NCBI GenBank assembly: GCA_036353375.1
Contig: JAZBPS010000429.1
Span: 4,245-68,244 of the forward strand
Reading direction: 5' to 3'
DNA length: 64,000 bases
DNA from: Halieaceae bacterium
GTDB lineage: Bacteria > Pseudomonadota > Gammaproteobacteria > Pseudomonadales > Halieaceae
Position 1 is the stretch's first letter, and every line of letters begins with the position of its first letter. A model generated the notes under the pieces. It ran no database searches. It saw only the letters and a program-made list of their open reading frames with translations, and was not told the DNA's origin. Below, in pieces: positions 16,648 through 29,790 of the stretch. The position numbers and the translations under genes were made by a program.

Positions 16648-17268
16648 TCAGGCCTCGTCGTCCTTGTACCGGTAAGTCTTGGCGGTGATGTTCAGCAGCA
16701 GCATGCTGCTGTTCGATGCCTGCTGCTGGATGACAAAATCGTGCAACGTCACAATGCGCGGCAGGCCCGCCATACCGCTGACGAAAGCGCCCAGATCGTG
16801 GTACGACCCGCGCGCTACGATCTTGATGGGCAACTCAATGTAGAACTCCCGGGTGATCTCCGCCTGCAGCTCGATGCTGTCGAACTCCAGGCCGTTGAGC
16901 ATGCCTTTGTTGGTAATATCTTCCAGCAACCCGGGCACTTCAGTGTCGCTGGGCAACTGGGCTACCAGGGCACCGAAAGACTCCCGCATCTCCTCCATCT
17001 GCCGACGGTAGGCGTCGAGGTTGGCGGCCTGGAAGGCTTTCTGCTCAAACTCCTTGCGCAGCGCGGTTTCCTGCTCAACCGCCTTCTGCAGGTTCGTTTG
17101 CAGGTTTTTGACGTGGTACACGTAACCCAGCGTCAGCACGCCGACCAGGGCGATGATCCAGACAATAATCTTGACCGCCAGCGGCCAGGACCCGATGTTC
17201 TCCAGATCCAGGTCATTGACGTCAAACTCCTGTATGGAGCGGAGGATATCTTCAGCTGACATTGCCAT
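16648..17268 (-). CDS. pilO: Type IV pilus inner-membrane alignment protein
   Basis: 206 aa with a single N-terminal TM then a coiled coil; position within pilMNOPQ. Confidence 0.85.
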   Translation of the reverse strand: MAMSAEDILRSIQEFDVNDLDLENIGSWPLAVKIIVWIIALVGVLTLGYVYHVKNLQTNLQKAVEQETALRKEFEQKAFQAANLDAYRRQMEEMRESFGALVAQLPSDTEVPGLLEDITNKGMLNGLEFDSIELQAEITREFYIELPIKIVARGSYHDLGAFVSGMAGLPRIVTLHDFVIQQQASNSSMLLLNITAKTYRYKDDEA

Positions 17269-17270
17269 CG

Positions 17271-17833
17271 CTAGAGCTCCTCCTCGCCTGCGCTGGGCAG
17301 CTGTAATTTCACCTTCATGTTGAAGGTTGTGGCTTGCTCGCCGAAGTCGGGCTCCGCCCGCACGCCCTCAAGATTGGGGTCGGCAAACCAGTCCGAGGCG
17401 TCCAGCCTGCGCATCAGGCTGGACACCCGGTTGTTGGATTCAGCGATGCCGGTGATGTCTATGACCTGGTTGCCGGACGTCAGCGTCGTGTAGAACACCC
17501 CGTCGGGCACCGTGCGTACCAGCTGGTCCATGATGCGCACAATAATGGGCCGGTTACCCTGCAGTTCCTGAATCACCTTCATGCGGTCCAGCAGCTGCGT
17601 GCGCTGCTTCTGCAGCTCGCGAATCTCGGCCACCTTGGTGTCCAGTTCTCCGATGTAGCGCTTGAGGTAGGCGTTGCGCGACTCCTGGGTCGCTATTTCG
17701 CTGGTAAAGAACAGGTGCACCAGGAATACGATAAACACACCAAAGGCGGCGACCGCCCCCAGCACAATAAGGAACTCCTGCTTGAGCTCGGCGCGGCGCT
17801 CGTCGCGCCAGGGTAACAGGTTAATTTGTGCCA

Positions 17834-17834
<1 letters not shown>
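17271..17834 (-). CDS. pilN: Type IV pilus inner-membrane alignment protein
   Basis: N-terminal INLLPWR motif plus a TM segment. TGATG overlap with pilM. Confidence 0.9.
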
Positions 17835-19093
<1,259 letters not shown>

Positions 19094-21487
19094 ATGAAGC
19101 TCCTGAAATACCTGTTTTTCCTCGTACCCCTGGGAGCCTGTGCTGCAGTCATGGTGGGGGCCGGCGTCTACCTGCATTTAAGCCCCAGTCTGCCGTCGGT
19201 GGACGTGCTCAAGGATGTGCGCCTGCAAACCCCTATGCGGGTCTATACCCGCGAGGGCGACCTTATCGGCCAGTTCGGCGAGAAGAAGCGCAACCCACTG
19301 CCCTACGACCGGATACCCCCCCGCTTTATTGAGTCGCTACTGGCGGCCGAGGACGACGGCTTCTTCAACCATGTCGGCATCGACTTCATGGGACTGGCGC
19401 GGGCGGTCTCGGAGCTGGTGCTCACCGGCGAGAAGGGCTCGGGCGGCAGCACGCTGACCATGCAGGTCGCGCGCAATTACTTCCTCACGCTGGATCGCAC
19501 CTTCATTCGCAAGTTCAAGGAGATTCTGCTGTCGCTGGAAATTGAACGGGTGCTCAGCAAAGAAGAGATTTTCGAGCTGTATTTCAACCAGATGTTCCTG
19601 GGCCACCGCGCCTATGGGTTCGAGGCGGCGGCCCAGGTCTATTACGGCAAGCATATCGGCGAGCTGGACCTCGCCCAGCTGGCCATGCTGGCAGGCCTGC
19701 CCAAGGCGCCCTCGCGCTACAACCCTATTTCGAACCCCGAGCGCTCGCGCATACGCAGGGACTGGATTCTCGGGCGCATGCAAAGCCTCGACTACATCAC
19801 CGACGCCGAATATGAAGCAGCCGTAGCCCAACCGGTAACCGCAACCCATCACGGTGCGAAGCTCGCGCTGAATGCGCCCTATGCCGCCGAGATGGCGCGG
19901 GCGGAGATGATCGAGCGGTACGGGCTGGCGGCGTACAGCGACGGCTATCACGTTTTCACCACCATTTCCTCGCCATTGCAGCTGGCCGCCAATCGCGCCG
20001 TGGAAACCGGGTTGAGCACCTACGACGCCCGCCACGGCTACCGCGGCCCGGAGCGGTCCCTGCCCCCGCCCGACGACGCGGACCCGCGCCCACTCTGGCT
20101 TGCCCAGCTGGAGCAAACCCGGGACATCGGCGGGCGCGAGCCGGCGGTGGTTATGGCCGTGAATGAGGACAACAGCACCCGGCTGTTGCTGGCGGACGGC
20201 AGTGAAGCCCTGCTGCCCTGGGAGAACGGGCCCGCCAGCGCCAGGCCGTACCTGTCTGAGAATGCGCGGGGTCCCGCACCCGAGCGCGCCGCAGACCTTT
20301 TCACCCCCGGCGACCTGATTCGTATTGTGCGTAAAGAAGAAGGCCTGTTTCTCTCCCAGGTGCCCCAGGCGCAGGCCGCACTGGTGGGGCTCGCGCCAGA
20401 CGACGGCGCCCTGCTGAGTATCGTCGGCGGCCTGGGTTTCGACATCAGCAAATTCAACCGCGCCACCCAGGCCGTCCGGCAGCCCGGTTCGAGCTTCAAG
20501 CCCTTTATCTATGCGGCCGCCCTGGAACAGGGCTGGACCGCTGCAAGCATCATCAATGATGCGCCCGTGGTATTCGAGGACGCCGCGCTGGAGGACACCT
20601 GGCGACCGGAAAATGACGGCGGCAAGTTCTATGGTCCCACCCGGCTGCGCTGGGCGCTGACCAAGTCCCGCAACCTGGTCTCTATTCGCCTGCTGGAACA
20701 GATAGGCATAGACACGGCCATCGAATACGCCGGCCGGTTCGGCTTTGATACCGACGCCATGGCCCGGGACCTGTCCCTGGCCCTGGGAACACACGCGGTG
20801 ACGCCGCTGGACCTTGCCACGGCCTACGCCAGCCTGGCCAACGGCGGTTTCCGGGTCTATCCCTACCTGGTCGCCCGCGTCGAAAACTTCGAACGGGAGG
20901 TCGTCTGGGAGGCCAATCCGGCGACTGTCTGCCGCGACTGCGACCTGGCGGATACCAGCGCGCTGTCTGAAGAGCTCAGCATGGAAGAAATACTGCGCCA
21001 GGCGGAAGCAGCCCAGCGACCGCGCGCCGAGCGCGTGATGGATGCCTGCGTCAATTTCGTTGTCGACAGCATGATGCAGGACGTTATCGCGCGCGGCACC
21101 GGGCGTCGCGCTCGCGCGCTGGAACGCAACGATATCGCTGGCAAGACCGGCACCACCAACGGACCCACGGACGCCTGGTTCTCAGGCTATAACCGCGACG
21201 TCGTCGCCACCGCCTGGCTGGGCTTTGACCAGAACCTGGAGCTGGGCAAGAACGAATTTGGCGGCAAGGCTTCGCTGCCGATGTGGGTGGATTATATGCG
21301 CGTCGCGCTGGCGCAGAGCCCGGACCTGCCCCGGGAAGTCCCATCCTCCGTGGTGAATGCACGCATCGATGCACAGACGGGCTTGCTGGCGCGCCCCGGG
21401 CAGGATGACGCGATCTTTGAATACTTCTGCGAGGGCACGGTTCCCACCGAGACCAGCAGCGAGCTGCAGGCCGCGGTGAACCGATAA
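19094..21487 (+). CDS. mrcA: Penicillin-binding protein 1A (bifunctional transglycosylase/transpeptidase)
   Basis: Glycosyltransferase motifs EDDGFFNHVGID and GGSTLTMQVARN; transpeptidase SSFKP and KTGTT. Divergent from pilM. Confidence 0.9.
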   Translation: MKLLKYLFFLVPLGACAAVMVGAGVYLHLSPSLPSVDVLKDVRLQTPMRVYTREGDLIGQFGEKKRNPLPYDRIPPRFIESLLAAEDDGFFNHVGIDFMGLARAVSELVLTGEKGSGGSTLTMQVARNYFLTLDRTFIRKFKEILLSLEIERVLSKEEIFELYFNQMFLGHRAYGFEAAAQVYYGKHIGELDLAQLAMLAGLPKAPSRYNPISNPERSRIRRDWILGRMQSLDYITDAEYEAAVAQPVTATHHGAKLALNAPYAAEMARAEMIERYGLAAYSDGYHVFTTISSPLQLAANRAVETGLSTYDARHGYRGPERSLPPPDDADPRPLWLAQLEQTRDIGGREPAVVMAVNEDNSTRLLLADGSEALLPWENGPASARPYLSENARGPAPERAADLFTPGDLIRIVRKEEGLFLSQVPQAQAALVGLAPDDGALLSIVGGLGFDISKFNRATQAVRQPGSSFKPFIYAAALEQGWTAASIINDAPVVFEDAALEDTWRPENDGGKFYGPTRLRWALTKSRNLVSIRLLEQIGIDTAIEYAGRFGFDTDAMARDLSLALGTHAVTPLDLATAYASLANGGFRVYPYLVARVENFEREVVWEANPATVCRDCDLADTSALSEELSMEEILRQAEAAQRPRAERVMDACVNFVVDSMMQDVIARGTGRRARALERNDIAGKTGTTNGPTDAWFSGYNRDVVATAWLGFDQNLELGKNEFGGKASLPMWVDYMRVALAQSPDLPREVPSSVVNARIDAQTGLLARPGQDDAIFEYFCEGTVPTETSSELQAAVNR

Positions 21488-21488
21488 C

Positions 21489-22733
21489 TCAGTCTGCGTA
21501 CTTCTCGGGCAGCGGCAGTCTGGCCACACCTGATTCAACAGCGGCACGCGCGACGGCTGCGGGCACACGGCTGGCGAGGCGATCGTCCATCGGCTTGGGA
21601 ATAATGTAATCGGGCCCGAACTCCAGTGACTCCAGGCCGAAAGCCTTCAGCACCTCGGCGGGTACCGGCTCGCGCGCGAGATCGCGAATGGCGTGCACGG
21701 CGGCAATCTTCATCGCTTCATTGATCGCGCTGGCGCGCACGTCCAGGGCGCCGCGGAAAATAAACGGAAAGCCCAGCACATTGTTGACCTGATTGGGGTA
21801 ATCAGAGCGACCAGTAGCGACCACAACATCGTCCCGCGTCGCCATGGCGAGCTCCGGACGAATCTCCGGATCCGGGTTGGAGCAGGCGAACACCACGGGC
21901 CTGGGCGCCATGGACAGGAGCATATCCTGGGTCAAAAGGTCAGCACCGGACAGCCCGATGAACACATCTGCGCCCTTGCAGGCATCGGCCAGGCTGTGCA
22001 GGTCGGTCTCGTTGGCAAACTCCGCCTTGTATTCGTTGACGCCGTCGCGCCCCACGCTGATCACACCGCGACGGTCCAGCATGAAAATATTCTCACGCCG
22101 CGCGCCCATGTTTACCAACAGCCGCATGCAGGCAATCGCAGCCGCACCTGCGCCCAGGCAGACAATGCGAGCCTCTGCCAGCGTCTTGCCCTGAATATCA
22201 AGAGCATTCATCAGGCCCGCCGCTGTCACGATAGCGGTACCGTGCTGGTCGTCGTGAAACACCGGCACGTCGCAGCGCTCAACCAGCTGTCGCTCGATTT
22301 CAAAACACTCCGGTGCCTTGATGTCCTCAAGGTTGATGCCGCCGAAGGTTTCGGCAATACGCGCCACCGTGTCAACGAACTCATAGACATCCGCGGTATC
22401 CACTTCAATATCAATCGCATTGATATTGGCGAAGCGTTTGAACAGCAGTGCCTTGCCTTCCATGACCGGCTTGCTTGCCATGGCACCGATATCGCCCAGG
22501 CCCAATACCGCTGTGCCGTTGCTGATTACGGCCACCAGGTTGCCCTTACCGGTGTACTGGTAGGCGGCCAGCGGTTCCCGGTTAATGGCGAGGCAGGGTT
22601 CCGCCACACCCGGGCTGTAGGCCAGGGCCAGGTCGCGCTGGGTCTCGGCTGAGGTGGTGAGCTCCACGCTGATCTTCCCCGGTGTGGGGTAGGCGTGGTA
22701 GTCAAGAGCGGCTTGCTTGAAATCCTCGGACAT
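21489..22733 (-). CDS. NAD(P)-dependent malic enzyme (short form, no PTA domain)
   Basis: 414 aa, [16 protein letters not shown]-terminus, dinucleotide fold [22 protein letters not shown] motif. Confidence 0.9.
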   Translation of the reverse strand: MSEDFKQAALDYHAYPTPGKISVELTTSAETQRDLALAYSPGVAEPCLAINREPLAAYQYTGKGNLVAVISNGTAVLGLGDIGAMASKPVMEGKALLFKRFANINAIDIEVDTADVYEFVDTVARIAETFGGINLEDIKAPECFEIERQLVERCDVPVFHDDQHGTAIVTAAGLMNALDIQGKTLAEARIVCLGAGAAAIACMRLLVNMGARRENIFMLDRRGVISVGRDGVNEYKAEFANETDLHSLADACKGADVFIGLSGADLLTQDMLLSMAPRPVVFACSNPDPEIRPELAMATRDDVVVATGRSDYPNQVNNVLGFPFIFRGALDVRASAINEAMKIAAVHAIRDLAREPVPAEVLKAFGLESLEFGPDYIIPKPMDDRLASRVPAAVARAAVESGVARLPLPEKYAD

Positions 22734-22776
22734 AGCTTCTCGTCAGGCTCACTGCGGCTGGGACCGCGGCATTGTA

Positions 22777-22816
22777 GAAAAAAAAAGCGCCGATTCCCCA
22801 GGGAAACGGCGCTTTT
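22777..22816 (-). terminator. Rho-independent terminator downstream of rpmE
   Basis: On the minus strand the stem AGCGCCG (22807-22813) / CGGCGCT (22786-22792) is followed by a run of 8-9 T (A-run 22778-22786 on plus). Confidence 0.75.
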
Positions 22817-22857
22817 GCTCTTGTTTCAGGGACGGGCCGATGCCCGACCACACAGTC

Positions 22858-23073
22858 TCAGCGCTTCGCGCCGCGATTGCCAAAGCGCTTCTTGAAACGA
22901 TCCACGCGGCCGCCACTGTCGACAATCTTCTGCTTGCCGGTAAAGAACGGGTGGCACTGTGAGCAGACATCAAGCGTGATGTCCTGGCACAGGGTTGAGC
23001 GCGTTTTTACGACATTGCCGCAACTACAGGTCGCGGTAATACCGTCATACTTCGGGTGAATATCAGCTTTCAT
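22858..23073 (-). CDS. rpmE: 50S ribosomal protein L31 (Zn-ribbon C+ form)
   Basis: [20 protein letters not shown]...[13 protein letters not shown], 71 aa. The track ORF start at 23196 is an upstream in-frame extension. Confidence 0.95.
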   Translation of the reverse strand: MKADIHPKYDGITATCSCGNVVKTRSTLCQDITLDVCSQCHPFFTGKQKIVDSGGRVDRFKKRFGNRGAKR

Positions 23074-23282
23074 GGTGTTGCTCCTACGCTGTGAGTGCCG
23101 CCACCCGATCACCTGTCGGGCACCGCGCTCTGTCTCTGGAGTCGACGGCCTCAAGGGCAGCCAAAAAAATGAGGCGGGCATAGTACCAGACCGCACGCCA
23201 TACGCAAGCCAATAAATGCGGTGGTTTCAGGGGATTCACGGCAGCTGGCGGGGGCCTGCCGGTGCTCTGCTACACTGCCGCC

Positions 23283-25469
23283 ATGCCCGTATTGCGCCTC
23301 GCCATAGCCACGCCCCTGCGGCGGCTCTTTGACTATCTGCCGCCCGCTGACACTGGCGCGGATACGCTTGCGGCGCTGGCGCCGGGCTGCCGATTGCTGG
23401 TGCCGTTCGGGCGACGCCAACTCATTGGCGTGCTGATCGACACCGTCAGCGAGACGGACGTTCCCGCCGATAAGCTGCGACCTGCACTGAAGATTCTCGA
23501 CCACAGCCCCCTGATCAGCCCAAAGGTGCTGGCGCTGTGTCGCTGGGCGGCCGAGTACTATCGCCACCCGGAGGGTGAGGTTCTGGCGGCCGCGCTGCCA
23601 ATCACGCTGCGCCAGCGTGAGCAGGCAACGCCCCGCGCCGGCGTCTGGGACCTCACCCTGGCCGGCAAAGGCCTGCCACAGGGGGCCCTCGCACGCGCGC
23701 CGCGACAGGCAGCGCTGCTGGCAGACCTGCAACAACAGGGCGCGTCGAGCTGGTCGATCCTGGCAGCACAGGGCCACAGTACCGACGCCAGGCGCGCACT
23801 CAGGGACAAGGGGCTGATCGAGGAAACCGAGGCGCAACCCGCAACACCGGTGCCTGCCTGGCTGGATGGCCCGCCGCTGTCGGAAGAACAGGCCCGCGCT
23901 GTCGACACGATCATCGCCGGGGCGCAGCAGTTCAGCGTATCGCTGCTGCACGGCGTCACAGGCAGCGGCAAGACCGAAGTCTACCTGCAACTGATCAGAC
24001 ACACACTCGCTGCGGGCAGGCAGGCACTGGTGCTGGTGCCCGAAATCGGACTGACCCCGCAGCTGGCCGAAAGGCTTTCCGAGCGATTCGACGCCCGCAT
24101 CGCACTGCTGCACTCCGGTCTGGCGGAAGGCGCCCGCAGCCGTGCCTGGGAGGATGCCCGCAGCGGACAGGCGCATATCGTTGTCGGCACCCGCTCGGCA
24201 GTATTCGCCAGCCTGGCAAGACCCGGGCTGATCGTGGTGGATGAGGAACACGACATTTCCTTCAAGCAACAGGAGGGATTTCGCTACTCGGCCCGGGACG
24301 TCGCCGTAAAGCGCGCACAGCTGGAAAATGTGCCGGTGGTATTGGGCAGCGCCACCCCCAGCCTGGAGACATTGCATAACGCCCTGGGCGGTCGCTACCG
24401 GCATGTACGCCTGCGCCAGCGTATCGGTGATGCCACCTTGCCGGACATCGACGTGCTGGATGTGCGCGGCAAAGCCCTGCAGGGGGGAATGTCGGAGCGC
24501 CTCCTGGACGCCTGCCGGGAAACTCTGGACGCCGGCAACCAGGTATTGCTGTTTCTCAACCGCCGCGGTTATGCACCCACCCTGCAGTGCCATGACTGCG
24601 GTTTCATCGCCCAGTGTCGCTTTTGTGACGCGCGCATGACCCTGCACAAGGCACGCAACGAGTTACGCTGTCATCACTGCGACTGGCGCCTGCCCCTGCC
24701 GCGCGCCTGCCCCCAGTGCGGCAGCAGCCAGCTGAACCCCAGGGGCCTGGGAACCGAACAGGCAGAATCCGTGCTGGGCAGGCACTTCCCCGCCTACCCG
24801 GTATACCGGGTAGACCGGGATTCGATGCAGCGCAGGGACGCCATGGCCGACCTGTCGAAGACGGTCAATCGCGGCAACCCCTGCATCCTGCTGGGCACCC
24901 AGATGTTGACCAAGGGGCACCATTTCCCCGGCGTCACGCTGGTCGGGCTGCTGGATACCGATCACGCGTTGTTCAGCGCCGACTTTCGCGGACCCGAGCG
25001 CATGGGACAGCTGTTGACCCAGGTCGCCGGTCGCGCCGGGCGTGCCAGCCAGCCAGGCCAGGTGCTGCTGCAAACCCACTATCCCGATCACCCCCTGCTG
25101 CGGACACTGCTGGAGCGGGGCTATGACCCCTACGCTGAGGCCCTGCTGGAGGAGCGTCGCAATCTGGGATTACCGCCCTTCGGCCAGCTACTGGTGGCGC
25201 GCGCAGAGGCTGACAGCATGCAGCTTGCCGAGCAGTTCCTGGCCGGGCTGAAGCGCGCCGGCACATCGGACAGGGTGCAACTGATAGGCCCGCTGCCATC
25301 GCCGCTACAGCGCAAGGGGGGCCGGTTCCGTGCCCAGCTGCTGGCGGTTGCGCGCAACCGGGGTGACCTGCAACAACTGGCCGCGCGCATCGTGGCCGAG
25401 GGAGAGGCCTCCGCGGTTTCGCGGAAACTGCGCTGGTCAGTGGATGTCGATGCCCTGGACACGGGCTGA
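23283..25469 (+). CDS. priA: Primosomal replication restart helicase N'
   Basis: Walker A GVTGSGKTEVY, DEEH box VVDEEHD, Cys-rich zinc region CHDCGFIAQCRFCDARMTLH...CHHCDW...CPQCGS. ATG 23283 is preferred over GTG 23262. Confidence 0.9.
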   Translation: MPVLRLAIATPLRRLFDYLPPADTGADTLAALAPGCRLLVPFGRRQLIGVLIDTVSETDVPADKLRPALKILDHSPLISPKVLALCRWAAEYYRHPEGEVLAAALPITLRQREQATPRAGVWDLTLAGKGLPQGALARAPRQAALLADLQQQGASSWSILAAQGHSTDARRALRDKGLIEETEAQPATPVPAWLDGPPLSEEQARAVDTIIAGAQQFSVSLLHGVTGSGKTEVYLQLIRHTLAAGRQALVLVPEIGLTPQLAERLSERFDARIALLHSGLAEGARSRAWEDARSGQAHIVVGTRSAVFASLARPGLIVVDEEHDISFKQQEGFRYSARDVAVKRAQLENVPVVLGSATPSLETLHNALGGRYRHVRLRQRIGDATLPDIDVLDVRGKALQGGMSERLLDACRETLDAGNQVLLFLNRRGYAPTLQCHDCGFIAQCRFCDARMTLHKARNELRCHHCDWRLPLPRACPQCGSSQLNPRGLGTEQAESVLGRHFPAYPVYRVDRDSMQRRDAMADLSKTVNRGNPCILLGTQMLTKGHHFPGVTLVGLLDTDHALFSADFRGPERMGQLLTQVAGRAGRASQPGQVLLQTHYPDHPLLRTLLERGYDPYAEALLEERRNLGLPPFGQLLVARAEADSMQLAEQFLAGLKRAGTSDRVQLIGPLPSPLQRKGGRFRAQLLAVARNRGDLQQLAARIVAEGEASAVSRKLRWSVDVDALDTG

Positions 25470-25570
25470 GGGGCTCCCCGGTTGTAGCCACAACCCGGGC
25501 GAACAGGGATAATGCCCGGCTTTATCAATGGCATGCCAGACCCATCATTGACAGGTAGCACTACCACCCC

Positions 25571-27256
25571 ATGAAGGAACATATACACGCGCTGATCAGC
25601 GAGGCCGTCAACACCCTGGCCAGCGCCGGCAATCTGCCTGGCGATATAACGCCCAATATCCAGCTGGAGCGCATCCGCGATCCGTCCCACGGCGACCTAG
25701 CCTGCAATATTGCGCTGACCCTGACCAAGGCCGCCGGCATGCCACCGCGAGACCTGGCCGCCAAACTCTGCGCCGCCCTGCCCGCCTCACCCCAGGTGGA
25801 CCGGACCGAAATTGCGGGCCCCGGCTTTATTAACTTTTTCCTCACCGATGCCAGCAGCGCAGCCGTGATCGCGACCATTCTTGAGCAGGGAGAGCAATTC
25901 GGGCGCAGCGATGCACACCGGGGTCAGCGCGTGCAGGTAGAATTCGTCTCCGCCAACCCCACCGGTCCGCTGCATATCGGACACGGTCGCCAGGCCGCCC
26001 TGGGTGACTGCGCCGCGCGCCTGCTGGAGGCCACGGGCTGGGAAGTCAGCCGGGAGTTTTACTACAACGACGCGGGCGAACAGATTAACAATCTTGCCCG
26101 GTCCGTGCAGGCGCGCGCCCGGGGCCTCGCGCCGGAAGACGCCGGGTGGCCGGAGGACGGCTACCGGGGCGAGTACATTGTGGACGTCGCCCGTGATTAC
26201 ATGGCCGGCGCCAGCGTGCACGCCGCGGACAAACAGGTGACCGCGGCGGCCGACGTGGACGATCTCGACGCCATACGCGAGTTCGCCGTCGCCTACCTGC
26301 GCCACGAGCAGGACCTGGACCTGAAAGCCTTTGACGTTAACTTCGACGTCTTCTTTCTCGAGTCTTCCCTGTATGACTCCGGCGCGGTGGAGGCGACGGT
26401 GGCGGCGCTGGTAGAGCGCCAGCAAACCTATGAGGAAGACGGCGCCCTGTGGCTGAAAACCACGGCCTACGGGGACGACAAGGACCGCGTCATGCGCAAG
26501 CGTGACGGTGGGTATACCTACTTCCTGCCCGACGTGGCCTATCACCGTAACAAGTGGGAGCGGGGCTTCAGTCGGGTTATCGATGTGCAGGGTGCCGACC
26601 ACCACAGCACGGTAACCCGCGTGCGCGCCGGGTTGCAGGCCCTTGATGTGGGCATCCCTGAAGGCTGGCCCGAGTATGTGCTGCACCAGATGGTCACCGT
26701 TATGCGCGGTGGCAGCGAGGTGAAGATCAGCAAGCGCGCGGGCAGCTATGTAACCCTGCGGGACCTGATTGATGAGGTTGGCCGCGATGCAACCCGGTAT
26801 TTCCTGGCAGCGCGGGCAGCGGGGTCGCAGCTTACCTTCGACATTGATCTGGCCCTGGCCCAATCCAACGACAACCCGGTCTACTACATCCAGTACGCCC
26901 ACGCCCGGGTCTGCAGCGTCTTTCGCAAACTGGCTGACGCCGGCGACGCCTGGCAGGTGGAGAGCGGACTGGCCGCACTGGAGCGACTGGGCGCGGAAGA
27001 AGAAAAGGCCCTGCTCAAGCGCCTGGATCAATACCCGGAACTGGTGAGCCTGTCCGCAGAGCGATCGGAACCCCACAATATTGCCAACTACCTGCGAGAG
27101 CTCGCGGCGGACTTCCACAGCTGGTACAACGCCCACAAGGTCCTGGTAGACGACCCCGCCCTGCGGGACGCCCGCCTCGCCCTGTCTGCGGCGGTCGGGC
27201 AGGTTATTCGCAACGGGCTGATGCTGCTGGGCGTCAGCGCACCCGAGAGCATGTGA
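25571..27256 (+). CDS. argS: Arginine--tRNA ligase
   Basis: 561 aa, HIGH-type motif [12 protein letters not shown], typical C-terminal anticodon-binding DALR region. Confidence 0.95.
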   Translation: MKEHIHALISEAVNTLASAGNLPGDITPNIQLERIRDPSHGDLACNIALTLTKAAGMPPRDLAAKLCAALPASPQVDRTEIAGPGFINFFLTDASSAAVIATILEQGEQFGRSDAHRGQRVQVEFVSANPTGPLHIGHGRQAALGDCAARLLEATGWEVSREFYYNDAGEQINNLARSVQARARGLAPEDAGWPEDGYRGEYIVDVARDYMAGASVHAADKQVTAAADVDDLDAIREFAVAYLRHEQDLDLKAFDVNFDVFFLESSLYDSGAVEATVAALVERQQTYEEDGALWLKTTAYGDDKDRVMRKRDGGYTYFLPDVAYHRNKWERGFSRVIDVQGADHHSTVTRVRAGLQALDVGIPEGWPEYVLHQMVTVMRGGSEVKISKRAGSYVTLRDLIDEVGRDATRYFLAARAAGSQLTFDIDLALAQSNDNPVYYIQYAHARVCSVFRKLADAGDAWQVESGLAALERLGAEEEKALLKRLDQYPELVSLSAERSEPHNIANYLRELAADFHSWYNAHKVLVDDPALRDARLALSAAVGQVIRNGLMLLGVSAPESM

Positions 27257-27259
27257 GCC

Positions 27260-27829
27260 TTGACCCGGGATTTTGCCAACAAAAAGACCGGCAAGCCGCG
27301 CTCCAGCCCCGCCCACAAGGGCGGCGCAAGGAAAAAGGGTGCCGACAGTCACGGCCCGGCGCCCTGGCCCTGGTTCATTGCAGGCCTGCTGTGTGGGGTG
27401 TTCCTGTCAGGGCTGGTGTGGCTCGCCCTGCAGACACCGGAGGCCACGCCCGGCGCCCCCACACAGACGGTGACCACACGCGAGGACAGGCCGCGCCCGC
27501 GCTTTGACTTTTACACCCTGCTGCCGGAACAGCGCATAGACGTTGAGCTGGAGCCGGAGGCAGCCGATACCGCCAGCGCTCCCCCTCGACCCAGTCAGTA
27601 CCTGCTGCAGGCAGGCTCTTTCAAACAGGCCGAGGACGCAGACCGGCGCCGGGCTGAACTGATCCTTTTGGGCCTCGACGCCAATGTCGAGGCCGCCACC
27701 ACCGACAACGGCCAGTGGTACCGCGTCTACGTCGGCCCCTTCGAATCGCGCTCGCGCCTGCAAAGCGCACGCAGCCTTACCGCCCAGCAGGGCATAGACA
27801 CACTGCTGCTGAAACGCCCGGCCGGCTGA
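27260..27829 (+). CDS. SPOR-domain cell-division protein (FtsN-like by position)
   Basis: Basic N-terminus, one TM (WFIAGLLCGVFLSGLVWLAL), a Pro-rich linker and a C-terminal SPOR domain (YLLQAGSFKQAEDADRRRAELILLG...WYRVYVGPF). The upstream-of-hslVU position matches E. coli ftsN. Confidence 0.7.
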   Translation: MTRDFANKKTGKPRSSPAHKGGARKKGADSHGPAPWPWFIAGLLCGVFLSGLVWLALQTPEATPGAPTQTVTTREDRPRPRFDFYTLLPEQRIDVELEPEAADTASAPPRPSQYLLQAGSFKQAEDADRRRAELILLGLDANVEAATTDNGQWYRVYVGPFESRSRLQSARSLTAQQGIDTLLLKRPAG

Positions 27830-27892
27830 GCCCGACCGGGTTGAACTCAGGCGTTGCGCCCCCATATCGCTGTGATTGGCAGGAGAATCGCA

Positions 27893-28441
27893 TTGGAACA
27901 GTATCGCGGAACAACCATCCTTTCAGTCCGCCGTGGCAATACGGTGGTGATTGGCGGCGATGGCCAGGTATCCATGGGCAACACGGTTATGAAGGGCAAT
28001 GCGCGCAAGGTGCGCCGGCTCTACAAGGACCAGGTGCTGGCGGGCTTTGCCGGCGGCACCGCCGACGCTTTTACCCTGTTCGAACTGTTCGAGGCGCAGC
28101 TGGAGAAACACCAGGGCAACCTCACCCGCGCTGCCGTGGAACTGGCCAAGGCCTGGCGCACCGAGCGTGCACTGCGCCGGCTGGAAGCCCTGCTGGCCGT
28201 CGCCGACGCCAGCACCTCGCTGATCATCACCGGTAACGGGGATGTTATAGAACCCGAAGACAACCTGATTGCCATTGGCTCCGGTGGCCCCTTCGCCCAG
28301 GCGGCGGCCCGCGCCCTGCTGGACAATACCGGGCTATCCGCCCGGGATATCGTGGAAAAGGGCCTCAGCATTGCCGGCGACATCTGCATTTACACCAATC
28401 ACAACCGCGTGCTTGAAGAACTGGACTGCGGCCAGGAGTGA
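27893..28441 (+). CDS. hslV: ATP-dependent protease subunit HslV
   Basis: TTILSVRR catalytic-Thr N-terminus. TTG 27893 is preceded by AGGAG (27881-27885). Confidence 0.9.
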   Translation: MEQYRGTTILSVRRGNTVVIGGDGQVSMGNTVMKGNARKVRRLYKDQVLAGFAGGTADAFTLFELFEAQLEKHQGNLTRAAVELAKAWRTERALRRLEALLAVADASTSLIITGNGDVIEPEDNLIAIGSGGPFAQAAARALLDNTGLSARDIVEKGLSIAGDICIYTNHNRVLEELDCGQE

Positions 28442-28444
28442 ACC

Positions 28445-29764
28445 TTGTCTAACATGACCCCCCGGGAGATCGTCCACGAGCTGGACCGGCACATCATCGG
28501 CCAGGATGAAGCCAAGCGCGCTGTCGCCATCGCACTGCGCAATCGCTGGCGCCGCCTGCAGCTGGACGATGACCTGCAAACCGAGATCACGCCGAAGAAT
28601 ATCCTCATGATAGGACCCACCGGCGTCGGCAAGACCGAGATCGCCAGACGCCTGGCCCGCCTCGCCAACGCGCCGTTTATCAAGGTGGAGGCCACCAAGT
28701 TCACCGAGGTCGGCTACGTCGGCCGGGATGTGGAGTCGATCGTGCGAGATCTTGTGGACGTGGCTATCAAGATGCTGCGCGAGCAGGAAATGGACAAGGT
28801 GCGATTCCGGGCCGAAGAAGCGGCTGAAGAGCGCATCCTGGACATACTCCTGACGCCCGCCCGGGACAGCGATGCCGCGGATTCCAGCACCCGGCAGATG
28901 CTGCGCAAGAAGCTGCGGGAGGGCGAGCTGGACGAGCGGGAAATCGAGGTGGAACTGGCTGACTCGCCCATGGGCGTGGAAATCATGGCCCCGCCGGGTA
29001 TGGAAGAGATGACCAGCCAGTTGCAGAGCATGTTTGCCAACCTGTCCGGCAAGCGCAAGAAAAGCCGCAAGGTCACGGTAAAAACTGCCTTTGAAAGTCT
29101 GCGGGATGAGGAGGCGGCCAAGCTGGTCAACGAAGATGACCTCAAGCAGCGCGCCCTGCAGGCCGCGGAACAGACCGGCATTGTGTTCATTGACGAACTG
29201 GACAAAGTCGCCAAACGCGGCGAGATGGGTGGCGCCGACGTATCGCGCGAGGGTGTGCAGCGAGACCTGCTGCCATTGATCGAGGGCTGCACGGTAAGCA
29301 CCAAGCACGGCATGATCAAGACAGACCATATCCTGTTTGTGGCCTCCGGTGCCTTTCACCTGTCCAAGCCTTCAGACCTCATCCCCGAGCTGCAGGGCCG
29401 CCTGCCCATCCGCGTGGAGCTTTCTGCCCTCACCCCGGGGGATTTCGAGCGCATACTCTGCGAACCGCGGGCGTCCCTGACCGAGCAGTACCAGGCGCTG
29501 CTGGGAACCGAAGGCCTGACGCTGGAGTTTACCGGGGACGGCATTCGCCGGATTGCCGAGATCGCCTGCCAGGTCAACGAGACCACCGAGAATATCGGCG
29601 CCCGTCGCCTGCATACCGTGATGGAGCGGCTACTGGAAGACGCCAGCTACAATGCCACGGACGCCAGCCTCAAGCAGGGGCGTCTGGTCGTGGATGCTGC
29701 CTACGTGGACAGCCAGCTGGGCGAGCTCAGCCAGAACCAGGACCTCAGCCGCTACATTCTGTAG
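28445..29764 (+). CDS. hslU: ATP-dependent protease ATPase subunit HslU
   Basis: [34 protein letters not shown], Walker [16 protein letters not shown]. Confidence 0.95.
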   Translation: MSNMTPREIVHELDRHIIGQDEAKRAVAIALRNRWRRLQLDDDLQTEITPKNILMIGPTGVGKTEIARRLARLANAPFIKVEATKFTEVGYVGRDVESIVRDLVDVAIKMLREQEMDKVRFRAEEAAEERILDILLTPARDSDAADSSTRQMLRKKLREGELDEREIEVELADSPMGVEIMAPPGMEEMTSQLQSMFANLSGKRKKSRKVTVKTAFESLRDEEAAKLVNEDDLKQRALQAAEQTGIVFIDELDKVAKRGEMGGADVSREGVQRDLLPLIEGCTVSTKHGMIKTDHILFVASGAFHLSKPSDLIPELQGRLPIRVELSALTPGDFERILCEPRASLTEQYQALLGTEGLTLEFTGDGIRRIAEIACQVNETTENIGARRLHTVMERLLEDASYNATDASLKQGRLVVDAAYVDSQLGELSQNQDLSRYIL

Positions 29765-29790
29765 CCTGCGCGCGTGCACGGAGACCCCAG